Shown in pieces: positions 25,726 to 37,800 of a DNA stretch of 53,249 bases. The stretch covers positions 1 to 53,249 of the IMG/VR virus record IMGVR_UViG_3300031957_002446. One strand, given 5' to 3'. Position 1 is the stretch's first letter. Each line of letters starts with the position of its first letter. The notes beneath the pieces were generated by a model that was not told the DNA's origin, searched no databases, and saw nothing but the letters and a program-made list of their open reading frames with translations. The position numbers and the translations under genes were made by a program. Source of the DNA: a virus (taxonomy: Duplodnaviria; Caudoviricetes).

Positions 25726-28700
25726 GCTAGAGCAATAGTTCTAATATCATTTAGGCGAGGAGCAAGAGCCTCATTCGTTCCGTTAAACACGATCTTGATC
25801 TGATATGAATCAAATGGTTGTAGATTGTCTACACTAAATTGATACTCTCTAAACTCATCTTGGAGACTAGAGGGGACAATTCTATCTGGCAATCCACTAG
25901 ATTTGGTGGAATCAATTACTTGATCTCCAAACCCATCTGCATCGGTATCTCTCAAGTTATTATATCCTGGGAATGGTACAAACTGAGGTTCGACGAATTG
26001 TGCATCTGAAGAGAATACTCTATAGAAACATCTAATTTCAGCAGTTTGATCAACATATGCACTTGTCAAAACTCTTATGGAAGAGGCAGGATTTTTAAGA
26101 TCAATCTTCTGGCTCACATAGAATGATGTATGAGGATCTCCCTCAATTTCTCCAGTTCTGGGATCATTAATATAATCATTTATTGGGCGATTTAATCTGG
26201 TTCTATCAAGATCGACAGAAATTTGATCGGAGAATACCACTGGAGAGAATCTTCCACCACTATCATCACCAATCATATCAACCTCAATAGTCAATGATTT
26301 GCTTCTAGGAAGAGCTGTAATAGTGGGTTGATTACTTTCATTGACCTTAGATGCAACCATTCTGGGGGAAGGATAGATGATCGTAGTGTTCAATGAAGTT
26401 GGTTGGAATGCGGTATCTTGGAATGATGGCTCAACTCCTCCAGCACTTGTTCCTGTAATTGTTCTAATTCTTCCACCTACAGAAGTCTCTCCAGGAGTAA
26501 TAATATCGAGATTTGTTGTAATTTGATCAAACTGTATGTTTCTGGAAATCCAAACACTATTTCCTCCTGCAATAATTTCATCATTAAAGTTCAGTTGATT
26601 GGGACCTGTGGGTCTATCGCCTCTAGAAATTTCTAGATAATAACTATCCATCTTCTTGGCACTTTGCAACACGTTGCTGGATGGCATGTTATGTTGCTTA
26701 TTAATCTTTGCCAAAGATACATTTGCAAACTCATATGGATAAACAAGATCTCCATTGGAGTGTCTTGCCGCCGTAGTGTTTTCAGCACCTCTGGTAGAAA
26801 TTCCCAATTGTCCAGCACCAATGCTGTCATAATACATGACTTCATTGTTAACGATTACATATCCTTGAGATGTGGAAATTCCTTGGAAAGTTGCAAAAGT
26901 TGTTGTGTCTGCAACGGAGATAGTATTATCCGTGTTCAAGACAGCTGCTGTCAAAGAAGTTGGGGATGTATTTGGTTTTACATCCTTAATTTCCAAAACA
27001 TTATTAATTGAATGCATTGCATGTCTAGGATGCAGAACTTCAATTACATTTCCAGAATATAATTGATCATATACAGAAGAACTAGTAATCAGTGTAGATC
27101 CAAGAGAAATTGGATTATTAGAGTCATTATAATAAATTAATTCCTCATCAGTCACAAATTCTTGACCATTGACATTTGTAGTGTAAAGGGTATCGTAACC
27201 AGTTATAGCTCCAACAGAAATAACTGCATCAGTGCCCTTGAATACATCTGAAGTGGTGATTCCTAAGGATTCGCCAACAATAAATCCAGTTCCAGAACTT
27301 GCAATAGATACCTGACTGATTTCTCCAGCGGAAGAAACAGTTACAACTCCAGTAGCACCGCTTCCATTTCCACCTACAGTGTAGAAGTTAACTCCACTGT
27401 AGGTTCCGGTAGAATATCCAGTACCAGTAATACTAATGTTTAGTGCTGCAATTGGACCTCCAACATTTTCAATAAATCCTGTCACTGTATTTCCTTGGCC
27501 AACTTTTCTACCAAAAGATAGAATGTTTTGCATATCTGCAGTTTCTGCAGTTGTAATACCTACAGATAGTTTTCTTGGCAGAGACTTGATTGGATTTGTT
27601 GGTAATAAAGGCAGAATACCACTATCAAAAGACAAGTCTGGATTCTGTAATGTCAATACACCACTTTCAGCAACAAATTGTGCTCTGTTAATAATAAATT
27701 TCATATCTTCAAAAGAAGATGCTTCCCAAATAGATCCGTTTTGAGATTTGAACAGGGCACCTGCACCATATTGTCTTGTGTATAGTGCATTATCAGAACC
27801 ACTTCCACCAGCAACAGCTCTTTCGCCAAGTCTTGCAACCCAAGCAGTGTACTTGTCGCTAGTTGGTGCTAGTAGTACAAGTGCATATTCAGTTCTTGGT
27901 TCTACAAAAATTGGAGCAGGGAAAGTTACTCTAGTTGCAACAGACGCATCGGTAGAAGTATTAACATCAATAGGAGAAAGTATGACTTGGGCTTCTTCGG
28001 CAACAAGTGTTGTTGTTGGAACACCCAATTCCATTGTTCTAAGTTCTACAGTAAGAGGTGCTCGTAGATCCTTAGTTGCCATATAAATGTCAACTGAGGT
28101 AATAAATCCTCCCTGTGAATCTGTCAGGAATGATTGTGCTAGAGGATCTCTTCTTCTTCTTCTCCTTCTCCTACGTCTTACGATTACTCTTTCTCTCCTA
28201 ACTTCTCTTACTACTGGTCTTACTACCGTCGTCCTATTGATGTTAGTAATGTTTTGTGTTACGTTACGAGTAACTCTTGTGATGTTTTGAGTAATGTTGT
28301 TGATCGTTCTATTGTCAACGTTAACAATAGGTTGAAGTTGAGTGATTCTCCTCTCAATAAAGTTATTATTAATAATTCTAGGTGCAGGTATTCTAGCTGC
28401 CCTAAATTCAACGTTGTTCGTAATGGTCGTAGTTGTATCGTTTCTAGTAGTTGTTAGTGCAGTTGCGGTTAGATTTAAAGTTACTCTTCTAGTTGTTCCT
28501 CTAGCAGTATAGTTCACTTCAGCATCACTAATGTCTAAAGATCCTGGTAGAGCTTCAGCGTTAGATGAACTACTTGTGAGTTTAAATGTTCTTGTTCCTG
28601 TTCTAAACAAGAATCCCTGATTTACAGTATTTGGTGATCTAAACCAAAGACATCCTGCCAAACTTCCAAAACTATCAGTCACTAAACGGACATCTTTTAC

Positions 28701-31700
28701 CGTAGCCTGAGCATTACTGGTTCTTCCAGTAAGTTTCATTCCAACGAAAACTCTACCATTGAAAGATCCTTGTGCAGATACTGCAAGAGCTTCAGTGTCA
28801 ATGTTCAATAATGTGGAGGAAGCATTGTAACTATCAGTATCGCCAAAATCAATGTTTCTATCATATGGATTTGCATCCAAGAATGTATCTGGGAACAAGA
28901 AGTTTCCAGATTTATGATTGGGAACACAAATTCTAAAATTGATATATCTAGTCCCTCTTGTTCTTGGATCTCTAACAGAAGCTTCACCATCTACAATCTC
29001 ACCTGGTCTAAAAGATCCAGAAACATTTTCAATTTCCAAATATTTTGGAATAACATCAATTCTGTTAGAATCATCCATGAAAGGATAATATCTAGTGAAA
29101 GGTTTTAATCCCTCTGCTTTAAATTCAACATTTCTGGATCTAATAAATCTATCCTGAGTTTCATCAATATCAATACTACCACTTATATTAGTGATAGCTC
29201 TATCTGTGGTTGTTACCGTGCTAGTAGATCTTGTTGGTTGATTAGTGACTAATCTACTAGCCTCTCCACCACCAACTCCTTGGAAAGATCGACCCTGAGT
29301 GACATTTGTATTTGTGAGAGTTCTTCCGGTATTAATAGTGCGGAATCTTTCAATTACTCTATTATTCGCATCAGTTAAGTTTGTTGTCCATTGATCAGAT
29401 GGTGGATTGAGTCTAATTGATCCAATCCATTCAATAATGTTAAATGGGTTAACATTTTCCGTTCTAGTTGCAAATGGTTGCTGTAAATATTCAACCTCAT
29501 CATAATTGAGGGTAATAGCTGTTCCCGTCTTTCTTAGATTTGCATCTAATAGAGCATAGTCTTCTCCAAAATCAAAGTCCGCAGCAATTTTTTGCTCAAA
29601 TGGAACTATTTGTGGACTGAGAGTATTTCTATCTTGATTACAAATAACTGTGTTTTCTCCAGGATCAACTATACAAGTGCTTGCGGAGTTGAGAAGATTT
29701 GAATTTTTAAAATCATCTGCAAAAAATCCACTCTTAAATCTTGTCAAACCGTCAGCATCTTGAACTTGAAGATTCCTTGTTTCACTTTCAAGTAGTGATA
29801 ATGATGTCGTTTCCTCTAGATTTTGAATCCTATCTTCAAGAGAACCAATGTCTCTCATAGTATATCTCTTATTATCTACTTGAATGATTCTGATATCATT
29901 CACGTCGTAGACATAAGCTGGATATTCAATGACTGCCAAAGTCATTGAATCTTTAACAATTTGAGGTACTTGGACATTTGTATTGGAGGGAGTGCCTTCA
30001 ACCAGTTGGAACTGTCCCTCAGAAGTTAGAATTAATCTATCTGTTCTTGGTAAGAAATAATCATATGAGACAATTGCAGATTCATTTGGTTTAGGAATCA
30101 GTGTAGTTGAACCTCCTGCAGCAGAAAAGTCTCTACTATCATAGTCAAATGGTGATGAAGTAGTTCCACTAAAAGGAGCAACTCTAGGCCTAAAATCTAG
30201 ACAATCACTAGCCCTGACAAATTTGCCCAAAATTTGGATTTCTGGTATATCTAACTTAAATCTTTCCGCATCATAAGAATCTACAGTAAATACATCTCCA
30301 TCATCAGATGATTCGACTGTATAGTGGTTGAAAATTACCAATAGTTGTTTTGTCGGTATTCCAACTCCAGGAGATCTAACGATTCTAGAATAATCATATA
30401 TGTCTGGTTTTTGTCCTTTATCTAATCTGTAATCATCTGTTCTATCAACAAAGACACCAGATCTAATTGATTGAAGAATGCCAAATATTCCAGACTCTTG
30501 GAATTGCAATTCTTCACCAATATCAAAACGATCATCATTTAGGTAAACAACTTCTATTTCTGTAGCAGAAAGTCTAGTGACAACTTGAGCCAAAGCTTTA
30601 TTATTTGGTCCAGAAATATATTCTCCCAGAATAGATGCAGTATTTAATTCAAGACCAGCTTCAAATGTTAACTTATCAAGAATTGGTGGATTTGAATCAA
30701 TAGATTCATATACTGCTATTACTCTAGAAACGTCTGCGTAGTTAAGAGAAATTTGATCATCTTGGACTCTTAGTCCATAAAAATCATTATAGTCAAGTCC
30801 ATTATTTACATTTGTACTAACACCAGCAGACCTCTGTGTGGATTTATTTACTGTTACTTTGGTGCTTCTAGTATGTACCTTTAATTTTGATCTCAGATCT
30901 TTTTTGTTTACAGTTACTGTAACATTAATATTAGTTTCATTTGGCTTTGCTCCAGTAATTGTGACAACTGTGCCATCAGAATTGATAGAGACTTGATCTG
31001 CAGTTAGATCCTCAATGGTGCCATCTGAATATGCTATTGTGTATCTTTGTTGATTAAATTCTTCAAAGAAAGAACTTGTAATTCCCGTAGCAGAGGAATT
31101 GAATGCAATCTGACCAAATGCATCAGAAGTTCTTCCAGTAACCTGATTCAGAATTGGAAGATTTGAAGAATTTAAAGCAATATTTGCTACATTTTGATTA
31201 ACTAAAGGAGCAATTAAAGATCCACCATCTTCTCCAAATTGGAACTCAGAAACTCCAATCCTAAAGTTAACAGCAACACTTCCAGATGCACTAACAGGAA
31301 GAAGTCCGGTAGCAACACCAATTACATTAGGAACAGCTTCAACTTCAATACTATTTCCATCATCTGCTACACTAACAACTCTGTTGTAAACTCTATCCGC
31401 GTATTGATCAATAACATTATTATATGCGACAATAGAATTTGTAGCAATACCAGTAAATTTTTCTCCTCCAGAAGTTATGGTAGAAATTCCACCAGAACCC
31501 GTACTCACATTGACTTGGTGGATAGCATTAAATTCAGGAGCTAGTCTTTCCCTTAATACCGAATCCGCAACAAAATCAGATTGAAGACCTAGAGATGATG
31601 CGTCTTGATATACTGAGTGAACATCATCTAAGGTATATACTGTAATTTGTTTGATCGATCTTGGAACTTCATAGTTTCCGTTGATTGAGAATCTCTCGCC

Positions 31701-33251
31701 AGTTATAAAAGTTCCAGAAGTTTGATGAACTTCTACAATATTCAATCCCGAAATAGCCTCAGTTATGTATCCGCTAGCACCACTGCTTAGACCTTTAATA
31801 TAACTTCCTTTTGGAATGGTGGTAGATTCACTAATTGTAAGTTTGGTATATGTTTGAATATCAAATAACCTCAAATCCCAAGAAGTTGTTTGGTCCGAAT
31901 ATGGAGCATCAGTAAGAGTGAATGAAAATACTCTGGCTTCTCCGATCTTATCTCCGGTTCCAGATGTTGTACTGTTACTTCTTTGATTGAATAATTCAAC
32001 CACATAAGTTGAATCACGATTCAATCCAATTGCTGGAACGCCAAAAACATTATTAACTCTTAATAACGAGCCAAAAGATAGAGGAACTCTTACAGCTTCT
32101 ACACTTGCAGTTGTTCTTGCCTTGTTGGCATCAATAATAGTATATTTTGATATGTCAATGTCATATCCTTTCACATATGCTTTACCAGGACCGATTGTAA
32201 GGGCAGCCAGATCGTCTGTAGGAGTGTTTCCACTTGAGGTAGTCTGATCTGATCCATAAAGTCCCTGATTTCCTTGTTCGTCGTTTAGAGACTCGCTGAA
32301 CGTAAGTGAGAATGGAGTTACAGTATAGTCTCCAGACTCTTCAAAAGTTCTTTTTGCTAGATAATCTTTGAAAATATTATATTGTGGTTTTGGTTCTGCG
32401 ATATCAGGAATTCCTTCCTCAGATCGCATGATCTCTACGAAATTTACATCGTCCAGATCATCTAAAGATTTTTTGTCAAGAATTAAATCAAACTTGAATC
32501 TATCTGCACCAGGAGCTGAAAAGTTTGTAAATCCCTTTGCGTTATCAAAGAGATCATTGTCTTCATTAGCATTAACAGTGCTTTCAGAAATTGTTAAACC
32601 AATTCTATAAGATGGTTCATTTGAATATTGATCTAGAATGATAGTTTGCTTTAAAACCCTCGCAAAAAATCCTCTAACAAAATAGACACCATCATCAACA
32701 GAGACTGCTGAACCAATTGCAGTTGCCTCAAAGTTAATGCATTGAGCAAAAGATGATCCAGGAACAATTGTAGTGTTTCCATAAACTACAGTATCTTCAG
32801 CTAGAAGAAGTTCTCCATCAACAAAAGAATCAAAAGTTCCATCAGAACCAGAATTTAAGTATTTTACATATAACGTTAAGTTTCCAGTATCAGATTCCTC
32901 AGAAGTAATTACATTAACTACGTTTGCGGTAATTTGACTAGTTTGACCTCTAATTGAAGTTCCAATAAAATTATCGATATATGTCTCTACATCAATGCCA
33001 AGAAAAGTAGTATTAATTTTTACGGCATAATATTGAGTATCAATTGAAACCCCGCCAGGTATGACTATAGATCCATCTTTAAAAAAGTGATCGCCAAAAG
33101 ATTCAATCTGATTTTGGAAAACAGATTGTAGATTGTTTAGTTCCCTCGCCTGGACTGGAAATCCGGGCTTAAACAGAACCCTGTAAAAATTATCATCCTC
33201 GCTATAATCGTCGTAATAGGGAGTAATGTTTAGGTTTGTTCTTTGTGCCAT
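25722..33251 (-). CDS. Large virion structural protein, VrlC/DUF4815-like (baseplate/tail associated)
   Basis: PYYDDY..FYRVLFKPGFPVQAREL, LAKRTFEESGDY, RYTMRDIG, RFKSGFFADDF, DPLAQSF; follows gp8. Confidence 0.88.
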   Translation of the reverse strand: MAQRTNLNITPYYDDYSEDDNFYRVLFKPGFPVQARELNNLQSVFQNQIESFGDHFFKDGSIVIPGGVSIDTQYYAVKINTTFLGIDVETYIDNFIGTSIRGQTSQITANVVNVITSEESDTGNLTLYVKYLNSGSDGTFDSFVDGELLLAEDTVVYGNTTIVPGSSFAQCINFEATAIGSAVSVDDGVYFVRGFFARVLKQTIILDQYSNEPSYRIGLTISESTVNANEDNDLFDNAKGFTNFSAPGADRFKFDLILDKKSLDDLDDVNFVEIMRSEEGIPDIAEPKPQYNIFKDYLAKRTFEESGDYTVTPFSLTFSESLNDEQGNQGLYGSDQTTSSGNTPTDDLAALTIGPGKAYVKGYDIDISKYTIIDANKARTTASVEAVRVPLSFGSLLRVNNVFGVPAIGLNRDSTYVVELFNQRSNSTTSGTGDKIGEARVFSFTLTDAPYSDQTTSWDLRLFDIQTYTKLTISESTTIPKGSYIKGLSSGASGYITEAISGLNIVEVHQTSGTFITGERFSINGNYEVPRSIKQITVYTLDDVHSVYQDASSLGLQSDFVADSVLRERLAPEFNAIHQVNVSTGSGGISTITSGGEKFTGIATNSIVAYNNVIDQYADRVYNRVVSVADDGNSIEVEAVPNVIGVATGLLPVSASGSVAVNFRIGVSEFQFGEDGGSLIAPLVNQNVANIALNSSNLPILNQVTGRTSDAFGQIAFNSSATGITSSFFEEFNQQRYTIAYSDGTIEDLTADQVSINSDGTVVTITGAKPNETNINVTVTVNKKDLRSKLKVHTRSTKVTVNKSTQRSAGVSTNVNNGLDYNDFYGLRVQDDQISLNYADVSRVIAVYESIDSNPPILDKLTFEAGLELNTASILGEYISGPNNKALAQVVTRLSATEIEVVYLNDDRFDIGEELQFQESGIFGILQSIRSGVFVDRTDDYRLDKGQKPDIYDYSRIVRSPGVGIPTKQLLVIFNHYTVESSDDGDVFTVDSYDAERFKLDIPEIQILGKFVRASDCLDFRPRVAPFSGTTSSPFDYDSRDFSAAGGSTTLIPKPNESAIVSYDYFLPRTDRLILTSEGQFQLVEGTPSNTNVQVPQIVKDSMTLAVIEYPAYVYDVNDIRIIQVDNKRYTMRDIGSLEDRIQNLEETTSLSLLESETRNLQVQDADGLTRFKSGFFADDFKNSNLLNSASTCIVDPGENTVICNQDRNTLSPQIVPFEQKIAADFDFGEDYALLDANLRKTGTAITLNYDEVEYLQQPFATRTENVNPFNIIEWIGSIRLNPPSDQWTTNLTDANNRVIERFRTINTGRTLTNTNVTQGRSFQGVGGGEASRLVTNQPTRSTSTVTTTDRAITNISGSIDIDETQDRFIRSRNVEFKAEGLKPFTRYYPFMDDSNRIDVIPKYLEIENVSGSFRPGEIVDGEASVRDPRTRGTRYINFRICVPNHKSGNFLFPDTFLDANPYDRNIDFGDTDSYNASSTLLNIDTEALAVSAQGSFNGRVFVGMKLTGRTSNAQATVKDVRLVTDSFGSLAGCLWFRSPNTVNQGFLFRTGTRTFKLTSSSSNAEALPGSLDISDAEVNYTARGTTRRVTLNLTATALTTTRNDTTTTITNNVEFRAARIPAPRIINNNFIERRITQLQPIVNVDNRTINNITQNITRVTRNVTQNITNINRTTVVRPVVREVRRERVIVRRRRRRRRRRDPLAQSFLTDSQGGFITSVDIYMATKDLRAPLTVELRTMELGVPTTTLVAEEAQVILSPIDVNTSTDASVATRVTFPAPIFVEPRTEYALVLLAPTSDKYTAWVARLGERAVAGGSGSDNALYTRQYGAGALFKSQNGSIWEASSFEDMKFIINRAQFVAESGVLTLQNPDLSFDSGILPLLPTNPIKSLPRKLSVGITTAETADMQNILSFGRKVGQGNTVTGFIENVGGPIAALNISITGTGYSTGTYSGVNFYTVGGNGSGATGVVTVSSAGEISQVSIASSGTGFIVGESLGITTSDVFKGTDAVISVGAITGYDTLYTTNVNGQEFVTDEELIYYNDSNNPISLGSTLITSSSVYDQLYSGNVIEVLHPRHAMHSINNVLEIKDVKPNTSPTSLTAAVLNTDNTISVADTTTFATFQGISTSQGYVIVNNEVMYYDSIGAGQLGISTRGAENTTAARHSNGDLVYPYEFANVSLAKINKQHNMPSSNVLQSAKKMDSYYLEISRGDRPTGPNQLNFNDEIIAGGNSVWISRNIQFDQITTNLDIITPGETSVGGRIRTITGTSAGGVEPSFQDTAFQPTSLNTTIIYPSPRMVASKVNESNQPTITALPRSKSLTIEVDMIGDDSGGRFSPVVFSDQISVDLDRTRLNRPINDYINDPRTGEIEGDPHTSFYVSQKIDLKNPASSIRVLTSAYVDQTAEIRCFYRVFSSDAQFVEPQFVPFPGYNNLRDTDADGFGDQVIDSTKSSGLPDRIVPSSLQDEFREYQFSVDNLQPFDSYQIKIVFNGTNEALAPRLNDIRTIALA

Positions 33252-33255
33252 TGAT

Positions 33256-34818
33256 TCAGAATTCCAATACTACTTTGATGTCTTCTTTTTGGCGGGAGTT
33301 GCGATTAACGCTTGGGCGATTATCTAGATAAATTATTTCGCCTGACCTCTTATTTATTTGAGATTCAGCAATTCCATTTGTAAAATTAACCCCCAAGTTA
33401 ATAGTGGCTGTATCTGTTGATGTGGTTATTCCTGTAAAATTCACGTCAACTGAAGCAGAAAATCCTCCAGCAGAAGTGATGAGTTCTGCAGAAGATTCAA
33501 ATTTAACAACCGTAGCTTCTGATGTGATCCCAATGTAATCTTTTTGATCTGCAGTTGATTTGTTGAAGTAAAGAGATCTATCTTGAATGTACTTAATAAC
33601 GTTTGTTTCTTCATCAAATGAAGCAACATATGCTACAGCAGTTGTTGTTCCTACAACTTGCTTGATTTGATCTCCAACTATCAGAGATCCAGTAACACCA
33701 GTAACTTTAATCGCATCCATAGCGTTAAAGTCATTTGATGAGAAAAGATCTGTTGATCCAATAGATGTTGGATTCTTCAAAATTCCAACTTGTGCAAAAA
33801 CAGTATCTGTTGGGAAATTTCTAGTAGAATCATCAAATCTTGCATAAAGTAAAACTTTTTCCGCTCCAAGTTCTTTATAAAGATCATAACCATGACCCTT
33901 CGATGGTGGAATAATCGGAACTAATTTTGCAAACTCTGTTAAAGATCCACTTTGAATTGGGCCTAAATCCACAATTCCATAACTATATCCTTTTCCACCC
34001 TCAGATACCTGAGCTTTTGTAATTCTTCCGCTACTATCTGTAGAAATTACTGCCTTTCCACCAGTACCATCCCCAAGAATATCGACCTCAGAGTCAAGTC
34101 CAAGACCATATCCGAATCCTTGTCTTTCAACACTAATGTGCTTTAATTGATTTTCATTAATCTCAGAATTGCCATTTTCTCTTACTGCAACAATCTGGGG
34201 ATCGTTAGAAGTTGACCAGTTTGTTGGAAGAGTAATGTACTCCGTAGAGTCAAATTTAATAATATCTGATGGATTGACAGTAAATAAGTATTTCCAAATG
34301 TAACCATCTCCAGATTCACCAGCTCTAGCTGGTTCCAAGTCAGTAAATTTTGGTTCATCCTGGGATGCATTTCCAGTAGAATTGGTTGCACTAGAACCAT
34401 TCTCAATACAAATATAAACCCTAAAATCAGAATTTAAAACATAATATCTAGAATCATACAATCTAGCTGAACTTGTTACCGGAGACAAATTCAATACACT
34501 ATAGTCATGACGATATTTTTCATATGTTGTTCCCTGCTTCCATTCAACTTTGCGAATAACTCTACGAACGTTTGCCGTAGTAATTTTTCTACCAAATAAC
34601 ATCGTGTCATAGACATGATTTTGGTAGTTAAAATTGTCAATTGGTGATGGTTGACCAATCGTGTTGGTATTCCAATCTGCAGTTCTACCATATCCAATCG
34701 CAAGAGTTGGATTAGGTAATGATGTAAAGATATAATATGAATTATCAGTATTTTCTACGGACCTTACAAAGTTATCAACATTCAATAACCTAAACTGGTC
34801 CGTTAACAGTGCAGCCAT
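33256..34818 (-). CDS. gp8: Baseplate wedge subunit
   Basis: YVLNSDFRVYIC, DGYIWKYLF, SGEIIYLDNR....R...QKEDIKVVLEF. Confidence 0.93.
   Translation of the reverse strand: MAALLTDQFRLLNVDNFVRSVENTDNSYYIFTSLPNPTLAIGYGRTADWNTNTIGQPSPIDNFNYQNHVYDTMLFGRKITTANVRRVIRKVEWKQGTTYEKYRHDYSVLNLSPVTSSARLYDSRYYVLNSDFRVYICIENGSSATNSTGNASQDEPKFTDLEPARAGESGDGYIWKYLFTVNPSDIIKFDSTEYITLPTNWSTSNDPQIVAVRENGNSEINENQLKHISVERQGFGYGLGLDSEVDILGDGTGGKAVISTDSSGRITKAQVSEGGKGYSYGIVDLGPIQSGSLTEFAKLVPIIPPSKGHGYDLYKELGAEKVLLYARFDDSTRNFPTDTVFAQVGILKNPTSIGSTDLFSSNDFNAMDAIKVTGVTGSLIVGDQIKQVVGTTTAVAYVASFDEETNVIKYIQDRSLYFNKSTADQKDYIGITSEATVVKFESSAELITSAGGFSASVDVNFTGITTSTDTATINLGVNFTNGIAESQINKRSGEIIYLDNRPSVNRNSRQKEDIKVVLEF
33351..33357 (-). 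promoter_or_regulatory. Possible late promoter (ATAAATA) inside the gp8 3' end, serving the VrlC-like gene
   Basis: Consensus match ~100 nt upstream of the next start; could be chance in AT-rich coding DNA. Confidence 0.45.
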
Positions 34819-34844
34819 TACTACTCTTTTGCAGGAATTTTTTT

Positions 34845-34851
34845 TATTTAT
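34845..34851 (-). promoter_or_regulatory. Late promoter (ATAAATA) for gp8
   Basis: Consensus match in a short intergenic gap. Confidence 0.75.
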
Positions 34852-34853
34852 GC

Positions 34854-37800
34854 TTACAGGAAGACCTTTTTAGCGAGATTGCCACTTCTTCTTAAACCAA
34901 CACCACCAGATCTCACAATTGTTGGGAATGTTGTGAGACCAACGTCCACAGTATTTCCAGCAACAGATAGTGAAATTGGATTCAAAACTTGTCTCTTAAA
35001 TCCACCAATCAGACCCCAAGAGAACTTACCAACTCCAGTAGAAGAAGTTGCAGCCAATCCAACAATATCAGTATCGGATTTAATGTTGCAAGTAATTTCT
35101 CCAGTTCCGGTTAATTCAAAACTAAAGTCATTTACATGATAAACGTTGTTAAGGAACTGTGTTCCAATTCCAATCACATCAGTATCATTAGCGTTTACTG
35201 ATGTAACTCCTGTTCCAATAGTGGTATCCTTAACAAAGATCTTATAATCTGGTTTTAAAGTTCCAAATAAAGTTGTCTCAGTAGATCCAATCAAATCAAC
35301 GTACAATTTCAATGCTAGTGGATGTCCACCAGTTCCTGTAGTTGTTCCAATTCCAGTAATAATTCCACTATAACCAATAATAACATCACAACTTTCTAAT
35401 TTTTCACTATCAACAGTTGGAATTTCTACCATAACGTTAGGAACCCTTGTGCTGGTATATCCAAATCCAGGATCCACAATTCCAATTGCAGTTAGAGAAC
35501 CACCAGCCGCAGTTCCTGTTAAAATAGCAGTTGTACCGACTCCTACAAGTCCATAAGTCACATCATCCACTTTTGGTGGATTGGCAATTGAAAGACTTAC
35601 AGTTCCATCAGTATATCCAGATCCACCACTTACAATTGTTGCAGTTGAAATTGTTCCAGTGGCAGAAACCGTAACCGTAACAGCAGCTGATACTGGATCA
35701 TTGTATTTAACTACCAAACAATCAGGAACTACTTCCTCAACGTTGGACCCATCAGCATCCTCTTCATATTGGAAGAATTCTGCATCATCAACAAATATAA
35801 AATCTTCACTAGTTGAGAAATCTCCAATAACTTTTGCATTAGGTTTGATTTGAGACTGTAAAGAATCTCTAATTTTATATTGGAAGTCTTCTTGTAAGAT
35901 AAGATCTCTCTTTTGAGGTAATAGTGTAATTGGACGGAAAAGCGCATCATCAATACCAAGACCTCTGTAAATGTTTGTCTCTACTTGCTCAGAATCTTCA
36001 ATTCCAAATATAATTCTTTCTGATTGTGTAGCAACATTATTCGGATCTAGTTTTTCCAGAATTAGTTTATCTCCTGGTTTGACAACTTCATCAACTTGAA
36101 CCAAAACGCTGTCAACACCTCTTTGTCCTCTAAAGAAATAGATTTTGATGTCATCATTGGGTTGTGGAGCAGAAGTAAAGTTAAAATTGAAACTAGTACC
36201 ACCCTCAAAGAAATAATCTTTCTTGGGTTGTTGAATTACTCCATTTACAAAGATGAGAAGAACTGAGTCCAAATCAACAAGAATAGATTGTTCATCATCA
36301 GTATTTTTTTGGAAACTTAGTAGAGATCCATTTAGAGCCAATGGGAATCTTGTTCTTACACCATTTTGTAGACTTCTGATACTATCAATGTAGTCTACTT
36401 GACCAAAATTCCAAGATGAGAAGGAATCATCAAATACCTGTAGAACTTCAAAAATAACATCCTCATATGCAGTTCCGGCATATCCAGGATTATTTGAGGG
36501 AACTCTGTAAGGATTACTTGGGAATGCTCCGGTCACAATTCCAACTGGTTTGAATTGGTCTCCAACTTTAAATCCAAATCCTCTGCTTTGTAAGGAGAAG
36601 TTTTCAGCGATAAAGAATTCTGTTCCTATTCCAGTTGTCTTAGCAGCTCCTGCTTTGATATCTACTAATAGACCTTGACCAGTTTGAGTAGTAGAACCAA
36701 TTCCAGTTCTAAACACTCCTTCAATAGGTAGATTTCCATATGAAGGGGTACTTACGTTGACTGTTGGTGAAGTGTAACCTGTTCCAGGATTAGTGATATC
36801 AAATTTCAAACGACCTCCAGTAAACTTACCTCCTTGAGCTTCACCAACATTGATAGTAATAGTATCTGTTGTAGTAGCAGAAATATCCAAATCAGTATTG
36901 TAAGCAGGATCAGGAAGTCCTCTACCACCAACTTCGCGTGGATAGCAATCAATTTTAGTGTTATTGTCCTGTAAGCAAGAGAAGCAAATAGATTCGGTGG
37001 CAAGTCCTACTTGATCTACACCTGCAGTTAGAGAATGTCCTGCAATGGTAAGAGTAAGATCACCTGTTACGGGGTCATATGTGCCGTCTGTGGGCGTATA
37101 GGGACCACCAGTTCCAGTAACTGCGTCAGTAGCAGCACTTTCAAATCTATGCTCATTAAATGGAATAGTTGCATCAACAACAGCGACAGTTCCCTCATGG
37201 CCATCTTCTTCTAAGGATACACTAGCAGTGTTGAAATATCCTTGTCCAAAGTTTAATCCATCATAATATCTGGCAACTGTGCCATCACTTACATAAGTGT
37301 GGGCAAACCCAACTATTCCAACATTAACACTAAATTGTGTATTAGAAATTACGGTATCTACTGAATATGGGCCGGTGTTCTTAACGCCATAAACTTCACC
37401 GCCAGTGTCGTATGTATGGTCAATAGTTGAGATGCCAACATTTACAGTAAGTTGATTGGCGGCAGGAACATCAATGACAAAATACTTGGTTCCTTGAGTT
37501 CCATCTGGGAAGATAGTTGTTGTCACACCTGCATGTGGAGCAGCGCATGTAAATTCAATGTTACTCAGGTTGACCTGATCAAATTTCGCAATGTTATGAT
37601 CTACACTTGTGGTAATCGTAGATAGACCCGTGGTCTTATCATATTCAAAGTTGCTAATGTTGTAGATAATACCACGTTCATCTGGGAATACTGTTGTTGT
37701 GATTGATCCACCAGCTGGACATTCAAAGACAATATTTTCAAATTGTGCAAACCATCCAGATTGTAAATTGTGGTTAGTGGATGTAGTTACAGTAGCAACA

